Source: Camelus dromedarius
Lineage: Eukaryota
Length of the DNA stretch: 64,000 nucleotides
Direction: 5' to 3'
NCBI RefSeq assembly: GCF_036321535.1
Contig: NC_087437.1
Location: 61,506,001 to 61,570,000 of the forward strand
This document shows positions 62,798 through 64,000 of the stretch, one piece after another. Under the pieces are notes generated by a model. That model was not told the DNA's origin. It saw nothing but the letters and a program-made list of their open reading frames with translations, and searched no databases. Position numbers and translations under genes: made by a program. Each line of letters starts with the position of its first letter. Positions within the stretch are counted from its first letter, which is position 1.

Positions 62798-62924
62798 AAC
62801 TCAGAAACCACGATTAACTCGTACTGCTGTACCCTCATTCTTGACAAAACGAGAGCAATCTGATGTAAAGAAAGTTCCTAAAGGTGTCCCCCTACAATTT
62901 GACATAAATAGTGTTGGAAAACAG
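62798..62924 (+). CDS. FYTTD1: FYTTD1 coding exon 8 ([14 protein letters not shown]...SVGKQ)
   Basis: AACAG acceptor, CAG|GTAAAT donor, 127 nt; cumulative CDS 855 nt, phase 0; final exon outside the window. Confidence 0.95.
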
Positions 62925-63029
62925 GTAAATTTTTTTTTCTGTATTTCTTTGGGCCAATCACTGAAAATATTTTAGTTCACAAAACAAATGTTGTATAATT
63001 AATTATATAGGGTGTCCTAACTTTCCTCA

Positions 63030-63560
63030 ATCCTAAGAAACCACTGGTCTATCTATTTTCTGTCTCCAGATTTGCCTATTTTGGACATTTCATATGAATG
63101 TTATCATGCAATATGTGAACTTTTGTGATGGGCTTTTTTCATTTAGCATAGTGTTTTCATGGTTTCTTTATAGTGTGTATCAGTATTTCATTTCTTTTTA
63201 TTGCTGAATAATGTTCCATCATATGGATATAACATTTATTTATCAGTTGATGGACATTGGGGCTGTTTCCATTCTTTAGCTATTGTCAGTCATGCTCCTC
63301 TGAACATTCATGTACATATGCTCATGCAAAAACCTGTACATTTATGTTTTTGTGTGAGTATATGTTTTTATTTCTCTTGGGAAATATCTAAGAGTGGAAT
63401 AACTAGATCATATTGTAACTATGTGTTTAACTTTTTGAGGAGGTACCAAATTGCCTTCCAAAGAAGTAGCTGTAGTACTATTCCTATCAACATGTTTAAA
63501 GGTTCTAAATTTCTCCATGTCTTTGTCAACATTTGTTATTACGTCACTTGATTGTAAACA
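63030..63560 (-). mobile_element. Old L1M 3' end
   Basis: TTGGACATTTCATATGAATG...GATGGACATTGGGGCTGTTTCC. Confidence 0.7.
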
Positions 63561-63850
63561 TTCAGATGCACATGAAGTGGTAAATCTCACACGGTTTTGA
63601 CAGTTTTTGTTTTAACCTTATATCTTGTAATCTTGCTAAAATTAGTAATTATATAGATTCCTTAGGATTTTCTATGTAAACAATTATGTTATTCTCCAAG
63701 TTTCTTTCCAATCTTTAAACTTTTTCTTTTTCTTATAATGGCCAGGACCTTCTGTACTATGTTGAGAGCATGTATGCTTGCCTTATTTCCAGGCTTGAGG
63801 AGAAAGCATTAAATTTCTCAGTGTTAAGTATGATGTTACCACTAGTTTGA

Positions 63851-63987
63851 TTTTTGTTGTTTTTGTTTTTGGAAGGGAGTGGTAATTAGGTTTATTTACT
63901 TATTTTAATAGAGATACTGGGGATTGAACCCAGGACCTCATGCATGCTAAGCATGTGCTCTACCACTGAGCTTTATACCCTTTCCCC
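63851..63987 (-). mobile_element. tRNA-derived SINE (vic-1-like)
   Basis: Same GGGGATTGAACCCAGGACC...CTGAGCT body and GGTAATTAGGTTTATTT tail. Confidence 0.85.
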
Positions 63988-64000
63988 ACCAGCAGGTTTT

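Noticed and set aside
1..64000. CRISPR array, operon or prokaryotic defence system
   Set aside because: The sequence is spliced mammalian DNA with no regularly spaced repeat-spacer array.

Overview
Mammalian genomic DNA, probably camelid (inferred from a tRNA-Ala-derived SINE resembling vic-1). It carries the head-to-head pair RUBCN (Rubicon; minus strand, coding exons 1-7, continuing off the left edge) and FYTTD1 (UIF, UAP56-interacting factor; plus strand, coding exons 1-8, last coding exon off the right edge). I checked every exon boundary by hand for GT-AG and phase continuity. Each gene starts in its own CpG island (~27.0-27.7 kb and ~35.1-36.4 kb). The rest is intronic or intergenic DNA rich in L1, MIR, L2, Tigger, hAT and LTR relics. 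The most unusual structure is a 2.7-kb ORF1-only 'half-L1'-like retroelement flanked by a target-site duplication (TSD), with antisense ORF2 pieces in its 3' part. Other notable items are several locally templated insertions, ~45-bp L1 stubs with TSDs, a candidate distal RUBCN first exon in the FYTTD1 promoter, a NAGNAG acceptor and a candidate poison exon. Repeat family names and comparisons with human come from recalled sequences and need confirming with Dfam/RepeatMasker. No prokaryote-type system is present.
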